Shown piece by piece: positions 26,752 through 40,830 of a stretch of 64,000 nt of DNA; within the stretch, counting starts at the first letter, position 1; the number at the start of each line of letters is the position of its first letter. Under the pieces are notes generated by a model. It had not been told where the DNA came from. It saw only the letters and a program-made list of their open reading frames with translations, and did not search any database. A program made the translations under genes and the position numbers. Location of the stretch: positions 434,001 to 498,000 of the forward strand of contig NC_089429.1 in the NCBI RefSeq assembly GCF_026210795.1, read 5' to 3'. The DNA comes from Rhizophagus irregularis. Its lineage: Eukaryota.

Positions 26752-29700
26752 TTATGATAGGTCCGAATTTGATCGAGTGTTCTCTTTGGATTCTGATTCT
26801 GATTCATTAAATGTAAACAAATTTAAAATTGAACGTTTAATTGTCGAAGAAGTATCAGGAGGTGACGAAGGTGACGATCTATGTGCAGAAGACATTGAAT
26901 AGGCACGCGTTGGCATACTTTGTATTCGGCTTCGTGTAGATACATCTGCTGTGGATGATGACATACTTAAATTTGCGTCGTTGCTCGTTGAAGTTAAATT
27001 AAGAGATGCACTCATGCGCGAAGATTTGTCAGAATCAGAACGTTTTCTAGAATGATGACTAGGTGTTGAAATATTCTGATACACTTCAGCACTTAGTGAA
27101 TAATATTTAACACCATCTGGTAATTCATAGGGATTTGTTTCCGGATTCTATGCAAATTATTAATTTCAAGCTTAGAATTTAAACCTTTGAATTAATACGT
27201 GAAATAATCAATAATTAAACAAACCTTTATATCAACTATATGTTCAGAAATATCCACAATTCGCGCGACAATCCAATCTTTATTACGAATTATCGATTCA
27301 GTAGCGCGTAAAAAGTAATGCGGACAATTAATGTTAAAAGCAGCCCAAGGTTTTGCTGTTGAATTTCGAGTAGGCAAAAATAGTGCAAGGTCGCCATTCT
27401 TAAAGCTAATGAGTATTTGAAAAATGTTAAATTTAATTGATTTATATAATAATGATCAATAAATTAAATATTTATTTGCTTACTTTCGAAACGCGATTTT
27501 GTCCTTTGACTCTTGGTAGGATTTACGATATTTATGATATTTTTCTGTCAAATAATAAATTTGGTTGAAATCAAAATTGTAAAAAATGGTTAAATAAATC
27601 TTCCATTTGAACCTACCTCTGTTTGATTTACTCTCTTCTTGATATTTCTTTGCAAGATTCTCGGCGTCCTGAGGCGTTCGTCTAATCATATCGCAAACTT
27701 TACTAAGATTCACTTTTGTTGAGAGAGTAAGAAGTGTTGTATATTTATCCTTTGGCCATTCTATTGGTTCAATCAAAGAATCGGTTGAAAAAAATTTTCC
27801 TAAATCTTCAGCATAATAGCTATCTGATAGACGTGATTCAGTTGATTTAGGATTTCCTTTTTCCTCCTCAATTGATGTTAAACTAATTAATCTATTTTCG
27901 TCATTCAAAGGTAAAGCTAATCCCATAGCACTCATCAATGTCCGAATATTAATGTAATACTCCCATAGGTATTTGCTTAATATACGTGAAAATTCTGTTC
28001 GCTCTTTCAACTTTTGTTGCGTTTCGTCTAGAGACTTTTCTAACCTGATATTAGTAACTTTAGAATTTTCGAAAAGCTGTAAATAATAATTAGTAATTCA
28101 TTAATTGATGTAGTCAAATAAATACATTTTGTAAACAATAATGTAACAAACCTGTTTTGTATCATGTAATTCCTGGGCCATGGATTTCGCTACACTACCG
28201 ACTTTTTGTATCATATTTATAGGGTTTAAATTTGTTTCTAATTTTGCCTAAATTTTAAAATATCCAAGAAAAGTTATAATGGAAAGAAACGTATAATTTA
28301 TTATGATAGTATAATTTTACCTGTTCAGTAGATTTAGATGAATCATAGGCAGTTACAATAGGCATATATTCCAGAATGGCTTCAGTGATGTTTTTGACCA
28401 ACTTTTCAACCTATTGAAATTTAAATAATATTAATAAATAAAAAAAAAACTATTATGTCGATTAACACTAACAAAATTACCTGTTCTAAAGCCTTCATTT
28501 TTTCAGCATTTTCTTGTTCAGCAAGTTTGACTCTTTCACGTGTCTTAACAAAAAAAAAAATTAATAATTTAATTTAACTAAATGTTGTTCCTAATATTAA
28601 GAACATTCACCTTATCAAGCAGTTTTTCATATTCTTCGCGAGCTGAATTCATTCTGTCGAGGTTAGCCTTCCAACTTTCAATTTCGTTAAGTAACTGTAA
28701 TACACAGATATAAGTATTTGGAAGAGAGAATTATCAAAATAGATTTCAATGATATTAAAATACTGACATTTTGCTTGTTTAATTCGTATTTTTGAATTGC
28801 TTCATCCTTTTCCTTTTGGAGTTCTTCAATCTATTTTCAAATAGGATTAGTATAATTTAGAATGTAATTATGTTAAAAAATGATGGTGATATACCTTTTT
28901 TTTCCAACGCTCTTCCACGGTTTCGATCTGTTCTTGCCCAAGCTGTTGGGCTTCTAACTCTTCGATTCTTTTATTCAACTCTGATTGGCCTTGTTTATAC
29001 AAACTTTCCTTTTCTTCAAACTGCGAATTATAATAAATATATATAATTTACTGACCATGGTTTAGTGCTTAACACAATAAATAGTGCGAAAAGGAAAAAA
29101 CCTTTAGTTTATATTCTTCAAATATAGCTTCTAATTTATTTTTTTCTGTCAAAATATCATTAAACTTCAATTCCAAGCTCGACTTTGATGCGTTTAGTAT
29201 TTCTTTTTCTTTAATAATCCATTCATTTTCTTCACGTAATTTAACACATTTCCGATCTGATTCGCGTTGGACAGTATCTAAATCCCTTATTTTTTTCTCA
29301 TATTCATCATGAAGTTTATGATTCTCTGATTTTGAATCTTGATATTTTTGTTTTAGATCCTTAATAATACTTTCCACATGTTCAGAATAAAAATTATCCT
29401 GTTCATTATTTCGAAGCTCAAGTGACACTTTTTCTAATTCGGCTATTTTTGCTTCTAATTCATCTATTTTTGCTTCTAGTTCACTTATTTTTGCTTCTAA
29501 TTCAGTTATCTTTGCTTCCAATTCATTACATCGCATTTTTGATGAATCATACAAAGTTTGTAATTCATTAAAATTTGTGTGCAAATCTTCGTTTTCTTTC
29601 ACTACAAGAGCATGTGAACTTTCAAATGTTAAAGCTTTCTCTTCAATTTCTTTTATAGCTTCATGACGTGATTCGAGTTCATTTATTCTCTTAAGTAATG

Positions 29701-32700
29701 TCTCTTTTTCATTAACAATTGCGTTGTAAGATGATTCTAAATTTTTATAACGCATTTCTAATTCATTTACTTTGTTTTCTTGCTTTTTCTTTTCGCTAAC
29801 TTCAATAGCGTATGAGGATTCTAGATTCTGATAACGCGAAAGTAATTCTTCTTCCGTTATAGAATTCTCGGATTTTGTTTGAGAATTCTTGGCTGCCTGA
29901 TAATTTTTGTGCAATATAGTTTCTAGATTTTTGATACGAGCTTCATACGCCTAATAGGTGAATAATTCTCAGTAAATTAAACACAAAATTAAAATTATGA
30001 ATTGAATTAAAATTTTTAAATAAAACCTTTATTTTCTCTTCGGCCTTGTCTAATTGTTTCGTTTTCTCAAAATACAGATCCATGTTAACATCTATTTGTG
30101 GGGCGCTATCTTCAGAAAAACTTTGTCGCGAAGCCCTTTTGGAACGACGTCCTAATTGAGATGACATTGGTACGAGCTGTGGAGTTAATGTTCGACCTAA
30201 AATTAAGAAGAATTTTTTAATATCCATTCACTTCATTATAAAAATTTATTAACATTATATAACTAATGAAATATGCCTTCAATTGATGATATTGGACGCG
30301 ATATTGTGCTGCCATTTCTGACGTTATCACTCTTTTCGGAGAGAACTATAAAAATTACCGGAAAATAAAAGTTATAATTAAGATAACAAGATACTAAATA
30401 ATAACGTGCATTTGGCTTACAATTTTTCTCTACAATACGATCAAATTCGTGATTCATTCCCTCTATTTGGCTAACCAACTTCAACAATGCTGTCTGTAAA
30501 CTTGCCAAAGAATCATTTTGCGGAGATTGTATTCGTGATGAAGCATTGAAAGTTGGAGAGCGATGAAAAGAAGCCTGAGACATTACTGTTGGACGAATTT
30601 CCTCTATAAAACTCAAAAAAGCTATTTATATAAAAAAAAAAGAATGCTATAAATCATAGTAAAGCATGAGGCGGAAAAGTAAGGGACCAGTAGATCATTA
30701 CAATGTATATCTTCTGCTGTAAAAGACGGTAATTTATCCTCTTTAATATTAGCCGTAGATATGTCGCACATAGGAGGATTATCATCTAATGCTATAAAAT
30801 TCGTCAGCAATAAAATCAATTAAATACAACTTCATGGTAAATTTTAAATTTAAATTTTTTAATTATACCCGGAATATTAATGGGAACATATTTTTTTACA
30901 TCCGTTCTATAAGAATCACGCCTCTTCTGTTCTATATTACGAAAGTGGCCCATTATCTCAGCCATTTGTTGTGCTTTTGTAAGTATAAGCTAAAAAAAGT
31001 TATGAAAAATAAATTAATTGGGAATAAATAATAATAGTAGAGTATAATAACTGGACATACATTTGAATATTCTTTTCTTCTCACAATCTCAGCAATCGTC
31101 TTTGCCTAAATTTCAAAAAGACTTCAAGTCAATAATATTACTAAACATTAAGATTAAAAAAGCGAATATAATATTTACATAAGCAATTGGCATTTGGTGA
31201 ACTTGATTTAAGTTTTTAAATTCTTGAGCTTTAGATTGAATGTCAGAATCCAATCTTCTTAACGAATCAGGAATACCAGCAATAGAAGATTCAAGACGTG
31301 ATATTTGTTGTAAACTGGATATTAATGTTGAAGTCATAGCATTCTTTAAATTTTTTAATTAAATATTTAGAAAATAGTAAATTCCAAAATAAATAAATAT
31401 ATATATATTATAAGAAAAACCTTGCACTGAACAAGAAATTTCACTTGTTCGCGAATATATTGATCATATTTTTGCATTTCTATAAAAAAAATTACAATTG
31501 ACGCGTGTAAGAACAAATTTTAATGCAGATAAAATATTATTAGATTAATGAGATATACCTGGCAAATATTCCTGTGAATGAATGTCGGAAAGATGGTCAA
31601 AAGCCTCAATTGACTTAATAGTTGTTGTGGATAAATTTTTGGTATTTGATTCAAGGATTTCTGTCACTTTACTTTGTACACGTGTGACGTCTTAAATAAA
31701 ATAATTTTTTTTTTGGTAAAAGTTTGCTTCTATTAATTTTAATAATTAATAAATTAGAAATTACCTCTTTCCAGTTTTTGAGCAATTTGTGTTAGCTTAT
31801 TATGGTATTCTCGAATATTATTTAATGCTGTTTCTATTTTAAGAAATCTGAGAGAAATATAGATTATCTAATCAATTAAACATGATTATTGAAAGATTAT
31901 GGAGTAATATGAAAATTACGTACGAGCTATCAAATTTCTTCTTTTTTAACGTATCTGTACCTGATTGTACAGCACGAACCAGAGAAGTCAACTCTTGGAC
32001 GCGATTGGAAATTTGGTCTGAAGATGGAACATGTTAATTTGGTAATAATATAATTATATGAAAGGCTAAGAAAAAACAAATCAGTATACAATAAGGAATT
32101 TACCATAGGCTTGTTTACCCTCTTTCGCCAATATTATAAGCTTGTCTTCAGCTATAAAATCAGCCAAGGTATAAGAATCTCTGTCATTCATTAAATTTCT
32201 TGCATCTTTTAACAATCCAGGGTGAATTGTGATACGCCGAAGCGTCTCAATATCAGTTGATAAACTAAAATGATTACATAATTATGAAAATTTAGCGCTT
32301 AAATATGTAATAATTATATAATAAGTTATATTATAGAAAGGTTAAAGACCTTTGAATTAGCCTGGTTTGTTTTGTTATTTCTTTTTCAGCAAATGTATAA
32401 ACATCTTCATGAGCTTCAATTATAGAACTAAATTTACAAGGTAATATTATTGAAATTATTAAATAATTTTGAATAACCATTAACTTATTGGGCGCGTACA
32501 AACCGGCAATGGGAGTTGAGATTTGTGATGGCAACATCCAATGCCATTTGCTGAATCTTTTGTTCTTGATATAGCAGTTTACAAATTCCTGCATGTTTTT
32601 CAGCTGTCTTGACGAATAACTTGACAAATAATTGAAGGAATTTAAAAGATTATTAAATGAAACTTTCAAGTCAAATTCTCGAATAACACATCTCTAATAA

Positions 32701-33462
32701 AAATGTTCACCTGTCCTTGAGAGTGATGTGTTTGAAATAAATTGACATAAGCACCACATTCTTCGGATAAATTTATGTTATTCCAAGAACCACGATTTTG
32801 TAATCTTGTAAGAATATTTGACGCCGCAGGAGCTATAATTTAACAGAAAATTAGCATTAAATGGATAAAATATTGATATAAAAACTAGTTGTAGTTTTAC
32901 CAATTATTGGAGGTTCCAGTGAAAGGCCTTCAACAAGTGGCGTTTGGTCATATGTATTGTTTACATCTAGAAGATCCCTATCGAAAAGAAATATAATGTA
33001 CTCATCCTTATAAATAATTTATTAAATTTATTAAATGTATTAATTAAAATATAATTTACTCGATCAAATTAAAAAAAAAAAATCAAGTAAAGAATTTTGA
33101 TTTTACCTTCCCAGTAGCCTTATTTGCATCATTTATCATTTCGGTTTTGAGTTGCAAGCCAAAACTTGTCATCAATATCTGTGAAGATATTGGTACACCA
33201 CCCACTTGCTCTAGCTCCGCTTTAAGGTCGCCCAAACTAGATATTAATGGATCAATCAATTTACGTTCATAAATAAAAATCATGGAACAATCAATAGTAT
33301 ATCATTATTTTAATTTAAGACTTAATCGCGAAAAAAGAGAGTCACTATAGGTTCTAACCTTCACTAAAACAACTATTGTATGAAAAAAAGTTGAAAAACA
33401 TACCTCTCAAAAGACTTTCGTACTTGAATTCGTTTCCCTGTTTCTGCCCGATAAATTTTCAT
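26752..33462 (-). CDS. ATG11: Autophagy-related protein 11 (RB1CC1/FIP200-like), many exons
   Basis: N-terminal MKIYRAETG..LGDLKAEL..QILMT, a long coiled coil, and the C-terminal KIAFRNF..GDLALFLPTRN..WAAFN..PHYFL domain. Confidence 0.9.
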
Positions 33463-34351
33463 AATGAACAAAAAAGAACCAAAAAAAAAAAAATAATAAT
33501 AATAAAAGGTCAAGAATCAAAAAAAATAGTTGCAGTTTTCAGAACGGCTTATAAATTACTAAATTTGAAAATCTCGGATTTTTGAAAACAATAATCATCA
33601 AGTATTCCGAAAATTTACCAAATGTAGTTTTCATACACCTTAGCGTTGCCCAAAACTTATATTCTTATATTTAAAGTTACCAAATTAGGCGAAGAACCAA
33701 TGAATTTATAAATCAACGTGACTCCAAATGAATGTTTCTGTACATTCTAAAATGTTACTTTTTCCAGTAAGTAATATAACTAAAAAAATTTATTGTTTCC
33801 TAAATAATTTTAGGTGAAATTCCGAGAATAGTAATTTTATTAGATGATGATTCATTGACAGATTTTCGAATAATCGTCTTTTTTGTGCAATATCCCGCTT
33901 TTTTTTTTCAAAAATGTAATTATTTCAAAATACCTTTTTTTTTTTAAAAAAAACGAGGTGTTGCATATTTTTAAAGTCAGCTAATTTTGAGCATTATCTC
34001 CACTTGTTTGAATAGATTCTATTTGCTAATAAGCACAAATTAGTTAATTTTTAAAGAATTCGAATTTTTAATAGGAAAGTGTCTCAGATACACTTAATAA
34101 GGTAAATATTCATTTATTTTTTTTTATGAGAAAACATTTTTGAAGAAATTAAATTAGTTGACTCATACTTGGCAACAGTGCATTAAAATATAATCTTCAG
34201 AATAAAATGTAAGAAAAGATTAAGCGACATATTAAATAAAATGTATCATTAAAAGATTAGAAAAATTTAAATTAATTAAAATTTTTCTATTATTAATTTA
34301 ATTCTGATATCCTAAAAATTTTTCCTTATAAACTTATTAAATTATCTTCTA

Positions 34352-35613
34352 TTAGATATTAAATATTTCTTTTAATTTCTTTACGGTTTCACCAGGATTA
34401 TTAACAGAATGTCCTGTAACTTTAGGATGAGTATAAATTTCATAATCGTTTCCTCCCTGCGAAATAAAAGTTCATAAATTTACAAATTATTTAAAACTTT
34501 TAAAGTAAACATCAGCAATTCTTTTACCTCATAAGTTTTATCACCAAAAAAGTGAATTGTTTTAAATCCTTCAGCTTCAATATGTTTGAGACAATAAGTT
34601 TTATCCCATCCAGTAGGGAACACGTCGAAAGATATTTGTCCTCCTTTTATTTTGAATAAAGAATTAATAAAAAAATAAAAAAAATAATAAAAGATTTTAT
34701 TTTTTTTCATTTGATTGTATACCAATTGAAAATGTCAAAGAATAATCGGAGAAAGCATTTTTCAACGCTAATACGAATTTAGTTCGGATATTATGAATTT
34801 TGTCATACGCCTCGAATTCGGCCCGTTCTTTCATACTATAAAAAAGAGGAAAATAAGATACTTTATCAATATATATAATTTCTTTCAAATTCTTTTAAAA
34901 ATGATTTTCCCAACCTGCAGTTTCTTCCAATTGGTGAAACATTTATCATTCCATTTCTGAATTCTACGAAACATCCACTAAACAAAAGTAAATTTATAAA
35001 CTGAAGATATTGAACTTCATTTAATAAATATTTGTTAATCCCATCTTACCGTTTTTTTGGAAGATCAAGATCGGCGATGTACTTCAAAATGAAATTGACC
35101 AACTTAGTATATTTTTCTTCGCCTATCCATTCAATAAAACTCTAAAAGAAATATGTACATAGTAATTATTTAAACATAATGAATTCAATCATTTGAAATT
35201 TTCGACATTATACTTGAGATGCAAGCTGTTTTCCTGATCTATAAGCCGTAAGTCCATTTTCCGAGAATGCAAAATCGAATTCATTAATACCTATTAAGAA
35301 AGTTAATTAATTCCAATTATTTGGAGAAAAAAAAATAAAATATTTCTACATACAATTTGGGCCAAGTTGTTCTAATTGCTTCGAAATATCAGAACCGCCA
35401 ACGAAACCAATAACAACCTTCTTTTTCAAAGCTTTAAGTATTTCTGTGACTTCGGGTGTCACGTCCTGTAATTAAAATAAACTAGCCTTTAACTAATGAA
35501 TTTAATTTTTTTAAAAAAGGAATTTAACTAACCCTACGAGCTGGAGTCAAAGTACCATCCACATCAAACAAAACAATAGTATCAGGATGCTCACGATCTT
35601 GCCAATCTGCCAT
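34352..35613 (-). CDS. SEC53: Phosphomannomutase, multi-exon
   Basis: [49 protein letters not shown] and FFGDKT. Confidence 0.96.
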
Positions 35614-35808
35614 TATAGAAACGGAATAAAAGAAAATTAATTTTTACATTTGTGATCTACATAAATATTTTTTTTCTGCTACACAAGACAATTTTATTTT
35701 AGAAACAAATAAAAGTGCATCATATTTGTTTGTGTTACCAAATTGACTATTAACCTTATTAATATTAATATACAGCAACTTTAAAATTACGTAAATTTAT
35801 TTTTACTA

Positions 35809-37382
35809 ATGTCATATTTTCAAGATTACGTTCGAAGCCCTGGAACAACTTACCATGAACCTCTAACTCACTCCATCCCGAAACTTAAGCCACTAAACGT
35901 AGCTTCTTGCTGTTCTTCTTGTGGTATCACATTTCGCTTGTTCCGTCCAAAATATAACTGTTATAATTGTGGTAATTATTCAAATTCTTATGGTCTTTTT
36001 ACATGAATCATTAACTAATTATTATTTTATTTATAGGTAATGTAACTTGCGGACGTTGTTCTAGTAATGGAACTGAAATACCAAAATTTGGTTATTTCGA
36101 GTAAGTGATTCTTTCACGTCTAATATAATTTAAACGTTTTTTCAGTTTTTAATAAAAAAAAAAAATGATGCCAGACCCGTGCGTACTTGTGATCTGTGTT
36201 ATAGTTATTTGAAAGGTAAACTAACTAATTACGTGCTATTAAAGGTATATAATTGATTTTTAAAGACTAAATATTTATTTTAATATTTATATAGTAATGA
36301 AAATGAATCGATCACAACTTGCCAGATTACCAACCAAAACGCTGCGAGAATATATTTCGGCATATAATCTCCCATGTCATAATATTATTGAAAAAGATGA
36401 TTTAATTGATGTTATCATGGCACATATACCATTGGAAGAACGTTATGAAGTTTATTATCGAGATCATTATCCAACATTTCATGTAGCTGGTAAGATTGGT
36501 TTGCCATTTGGAGAAATTGATATTTATGGAATTCAATTTTTATAGCAATCGATTATTACAATTTTAATTTAGCAGCGTCTGACACTCAACCAAGTGCTCG
36601 TACCGAAACTCAAAACAATACTGGTTATACAAGATCTCATACAGTACCTCATTCTCAATCTCGATCTCAACCTCATCCTCAATCTCGATCCCATCCTCGA
36701 TCCCAACCTCAACCTCAACCTCAATCTCAACCTCAACCTCAACCCCAATTTCAACCTCAACCTCAACCTCAAACTCAACCCCAATTTCAACCTCAACCTC
36801 AACCTCAACCTCAACCTCAACCTCAACCTCAGCCTCGATCTCGACCTCAACCTCAATCTCAACCTCGATCTCAACCTCAACCCCAACAACCTTTACCACA
36901 ACGTCAACAAAATCATAAACAATCACAAAATCCTTCTCATACAGCCCCAATCTCACTCCAAACTATTATTAGAGATAAAGTGGATGTATCCCAATTATCT
37001 GTTAAGACTATTAAAGGAATTCTCAAAGAAAATTGTATTGATTACTCCAAAATGGTTGAAAAATATGAGTTAATTGAACGCATGGAAATTTTGATTAAGT
37101 GGGCAAAGCATGAGATGTCAAGTAAAGCAGGTGAAATTTCTGATGATGGATTATGTAGAATTTGTTGTGATGCACAATCAAACTGTTTATTTATGGATTG
37201 TGGTAAGTTGAAAAATATTAAAAAATGTAATATGTGAATCGTAAAAATTTATTTTTTTTATTATATATTTAGGACATATGTGCACTTGCTTGGATTGTGG
37301 AAAGAAACTGGAGGAAACTAAAAATGAATGTCCAATTTGTAGAGAGACAATCATCAAAATAATCCGAGTTTTTAGGGCATAA
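35809..37382 (+). CDS. FYVE-like + SAP-like + C-terminal RING E3 ubiquitin ligase (RNF34/RFFL-like)
   Basis: CSSC..KYNCYNCG..CGRC..RTCDLC FYVE-like finger, two EK.(D/E)LI SAP-like repeats, and RING CRICCD..CGHMCTCLDC..CPICR. Confidence 0.85.
36645..36890 (+). repeat. Coding hexanucleotide repeat (CCTCAA)n with variants, encoding (PQ)n/(SQ/SR)
   Basis: About 40 hexamer units. The frame continuous with the downstream VDVSQL segment reads PQPQPQ. Confidence 0.9.
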
Positions 37383-37645
37383 TGGCTCATTATTAAAACT
37401 TTATAGAATTTAGATTATAAATAATTTAATTATAAGAGCGATTATAGATGATGGATTAAAATGAAAGAAAAATAATTAATTTTAGTTAAAATTCTGGCTT
37501 TTGAATTAATATTACCGTTGATATTAAAAGTTTCCAATTGTAATTATCATAAAAAAGTAGTAGTAAATATAAACACACCTACTATGTATAATTTTTTTTA
37601 TAGAATACATATCAATTATATAGAATTAATTACAAATTAAATTAT

Positions 37646-39472
37646 TTATCCATAGTTATTTAAAGCTTTTACGGCAATTTCACCCTACAATAAAAAAAGT
37701 AAAAAAAAAAGAGAATTAATATTATAATTCTTGATAGAAATCATCTTTAACAATACATACAATAGCAACGAAAACCGCAATAACGATCAGCCAAATAATA
37801 ATCCATGTAATTCTGGTCATATTTGAATTACCAATATCCTCACGCAACATATCTAATAAGTCACTGATGATACTACATCGTTCATTTAAAAGTTTTACGC
37901 GTTGAGGTATTTCAAGATAAGCTAATTCAAGAACAAAAATCCGTAAGTATTAATTAGATTTTTAAAAGAACCAAAATAAATTTATAAAAATAACAAATAC
38001 ATCTAATAGCATTATATAATGGTTCTAGGGATGGTTCGGACCAAAATATTTCCGGAGTATCTATATAAATGCAAATTTAACATGTTAAGTTCAAAGACAC
38101 CGAAAAAATCACGATCACGTGGCTACAAATCTTGCGCCGAATTTATCACGTGATTGGGCCTAGAAATGAGCTCACCTAACACATTTGATACTAAATTTAC
38201 ATCCATACGTAACTTGAACAATCCTCCACTTAACTTCGTAACTTGAACTCGATCTCTGAATATCATAAATTTATAATTCTTCATTAACGATAATCATAAA
38301 CAATAATAGTCTAAACTTACAAATTTAATCTTCCGGTTTGTGCCAACATTTTAGGTATAAGCTTGGTTCTCTCGATAGTGTTATCCATTTGCCATTCATA
38401 TAAAGATAATTTTGTGCTTTGACTTATTGCATGACTAATCGTCAATTTGATCATATGATGATCAGTCTTTAATGTTATCATGTCATTAAATATCCTAGGC
38501 TGTCTATTAGATTCAATATCATATTGAAAATGAAATGTTTCAACTTCCAAGTCGTCCTTTCTTAGAGGACGAACCGCAACTCCAGATCTAGCAATATCAT
38601 TAAGTAACGAGTGTTCTTGTTCTTCCGTAAAATTCCAAATCACTGCAACTCCATAATCAAAGTAAAAAACTTCACCAAGATTAGTTAAAGGATCTATAGG
38701 CTTTGTTGTAAACGCATCTGCTCCAGAACGTTCTTCAAGATTTTCGTCCATTGAAAAATACTGAGATATATCATTATTATTTTCATAATTCTCAATCTGC
38801 CTATCAATGAATGTATGTCCATTCGGAGACTGTACGGCAAACGATGACGCGATTTCGGTATTTTCTCCAGAAACTAAAGGAAAATGATATGGTGAATATA
38901 AGCATTCATCATAAAACCTAAAAAAAAATATTATATATTATAAAATTATTTTATAGAAACAAATAAAAATGTTATATTATAAATACTTCGGTTGAACATT
39001 ATGCTCTTTTCTAAGGAATTCCATCAAAATTCCAAGATAAAAGCCTTCTGCAATGCAATATGCTGTTACTCTTAAAAATAAAATATTTATGATCAAATCC
39101 TTTAAATAAAAACAAATTCATTAAAATAAACAATAATAGAATTTGAACAAATTTTTACCTAGGATAATGTTTATTATCCCTAACTTCCTTCGTCAATCTT
39201 TCAGCTACAGGCATCTCATCTTCAGAAGCCTCGTCATTTGAAGCTGGTATGATTTCTTCTTCGGGTAATAAAACTAATTTCTGCGATGTTTTTGTTGTTC
39301 GTAAAGGCTGTGTATGTTTCGTACGACTACTACTAGAAACCGCATTCGATGTTTGAGCTGGAATTAGCAAAGGTTTTTTAATTCTTATTTGTGGTGAGCT
39401 AGTAGAACCTATCGTTTCTGCTTGAAATCTATAAGGACTACTTGGAGTGAGTTCGATTGATACATCGGACAT
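37646..39472 (-). CDS. RMD1/RMD8/SIF2 (DUF155) family protein, multi-exon
   Basis: PLRTTKTSQKLVLLP, RVTAYCIAE, EVFYFDYGVAVIWN, ISHAISQSTKL, YLEIPQRV and a C-terminal TM. Confidence 0.88.
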
Positions 39473-39719
39473 TTTTTGAATTCTCGTTTTTTTTAAAATA
39501 AAAATGATAATCAAAAAAATATTATAAATACTGACGATGTCTGTCGATCATTACCTATTTATTAACAGTAGATATGCATGCCGGCATGTCGGCAAAAGAT
39601 TACAATAATCTCTTGAAAATATCGTTCAAAGATTATTTTATATTATTGATTTCTTTATTTTATTATCCATAATTATTTGTAAATTTTTTTTTTATAATTT
39701 TTAAAAAATTTAACTAATA

Positions 39720-40830
39720 ATGTCTGCTATTAGACAAGAACTAGTGCAATCAGCAATTAATTTTCTTAAAGATCCACAAGTTCAGAACTCTCCGCTACAA
39801 AAGCGTGTAGCTTTTCTAGAATCCAAAGGGTTAACTTCAGATGAAATAGAAGAAGCAATGAGACTAGTAAAGGGTGGCTCACCGAGCGTTGCAGCACCGC
39901 CTCCACCATCCAATCAAGTTGTTATTGCGCAACCACCACCAGTTTCAAGAATGGATTGGCGAGATTTTTTTATCGCTGCAGTTTTGATTGGAGGTATTGG
40001 ATATGCAATAGTGGAAGTCGCGAAGGTTATATTAATTTTTTTTTTATTTACTTTCATGGAATTGTGTATAATTAATTTATATATTTAAAATCTAATACTT
40101 TAACACTTGATTATATAGAGATATATATTACCTTTATTAAAAACACCTACAGCGAATGAACTTGAACGGGATAAGCAAGCACTTAATGACCAATTTACAG
40201 CCGCTTCTGAGACACTTGATATTGTAAAATCCGATACACAAATTGCCAAAAAAACTATTGAAGAACAAGCATATAGAATGAAAGAGTCATTAGAGACGCT
40301 AGATAAGATGATGAATGATATTAAACAACAAGAAGTAAAAAGGGAAGCTGATATGAAAATTTTAAAAGAAGAAGTAGATGCTATCAGAGAATTGATACCA
40401 AAGGTATTACACCTTTATAAAGGAAAATTATTTTAAATAAATGGGCAATTTTAACATTTTTATTGTCAATTAGCTTCTTGAAAAATCCAAGGATTCGCAG
40501 AGTCAATCACTTTCAGAATTACAACAAGAACTTAAATCGTTAAAATCTCTTCTTCTTAATCGAAGACCCAACTCAACAATTGGAACAACTACAACCGAGA
40601 CATTAGCTTCACCAACATCACTAACAACATCACCCATGTATAATACAATAATACCGCCCGTTTCGTCACCTTTTCCTGGAGTGACGACAAGTCGACCATC
40701 AATTCCGCCCTGGCAAATGGGTACGAACAACACTTCCACAATTAAGGTTCCGGTAGAACAAACCTCAAGTGAACAAAATGGAACCAGTACCGCATTAACA
40801 AGCGACGGTGCTGAAAATAATGCGCATTAA
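39720..40830 (+). CDS. PEX14: Peroxisomal membrane docking protein Pex14, 3 exons
   Basis: RQELVQSAINFL..FLESKGLTSDEI N-domain, WRDFF + TM, coiled coil, ELKSLKSLL and SIPPWQ. Confidence 0.93.

Noticed and set aside
36564..37073. ORFs with (LN)n, (VE)n and (LR)n repeats
   Set aside because: They are alternative frames of the CCTCAA repeat. The frame continuous with the E3 ligase encodes PQ.
39577..39588. Palindrome CATGCCGGCATG in the RMD1/PEX14 divergent promoter
   Set aside because: A plausible TF site, but a single 12-bp palindrome cannot be supported without conservation data.
10230..40830. PEX11, ATG11 and PEX14 as a peroxisome gene cluster
   Set aside because: They span about 30 kb with many unrelated genes between them, so chance is sufficient.
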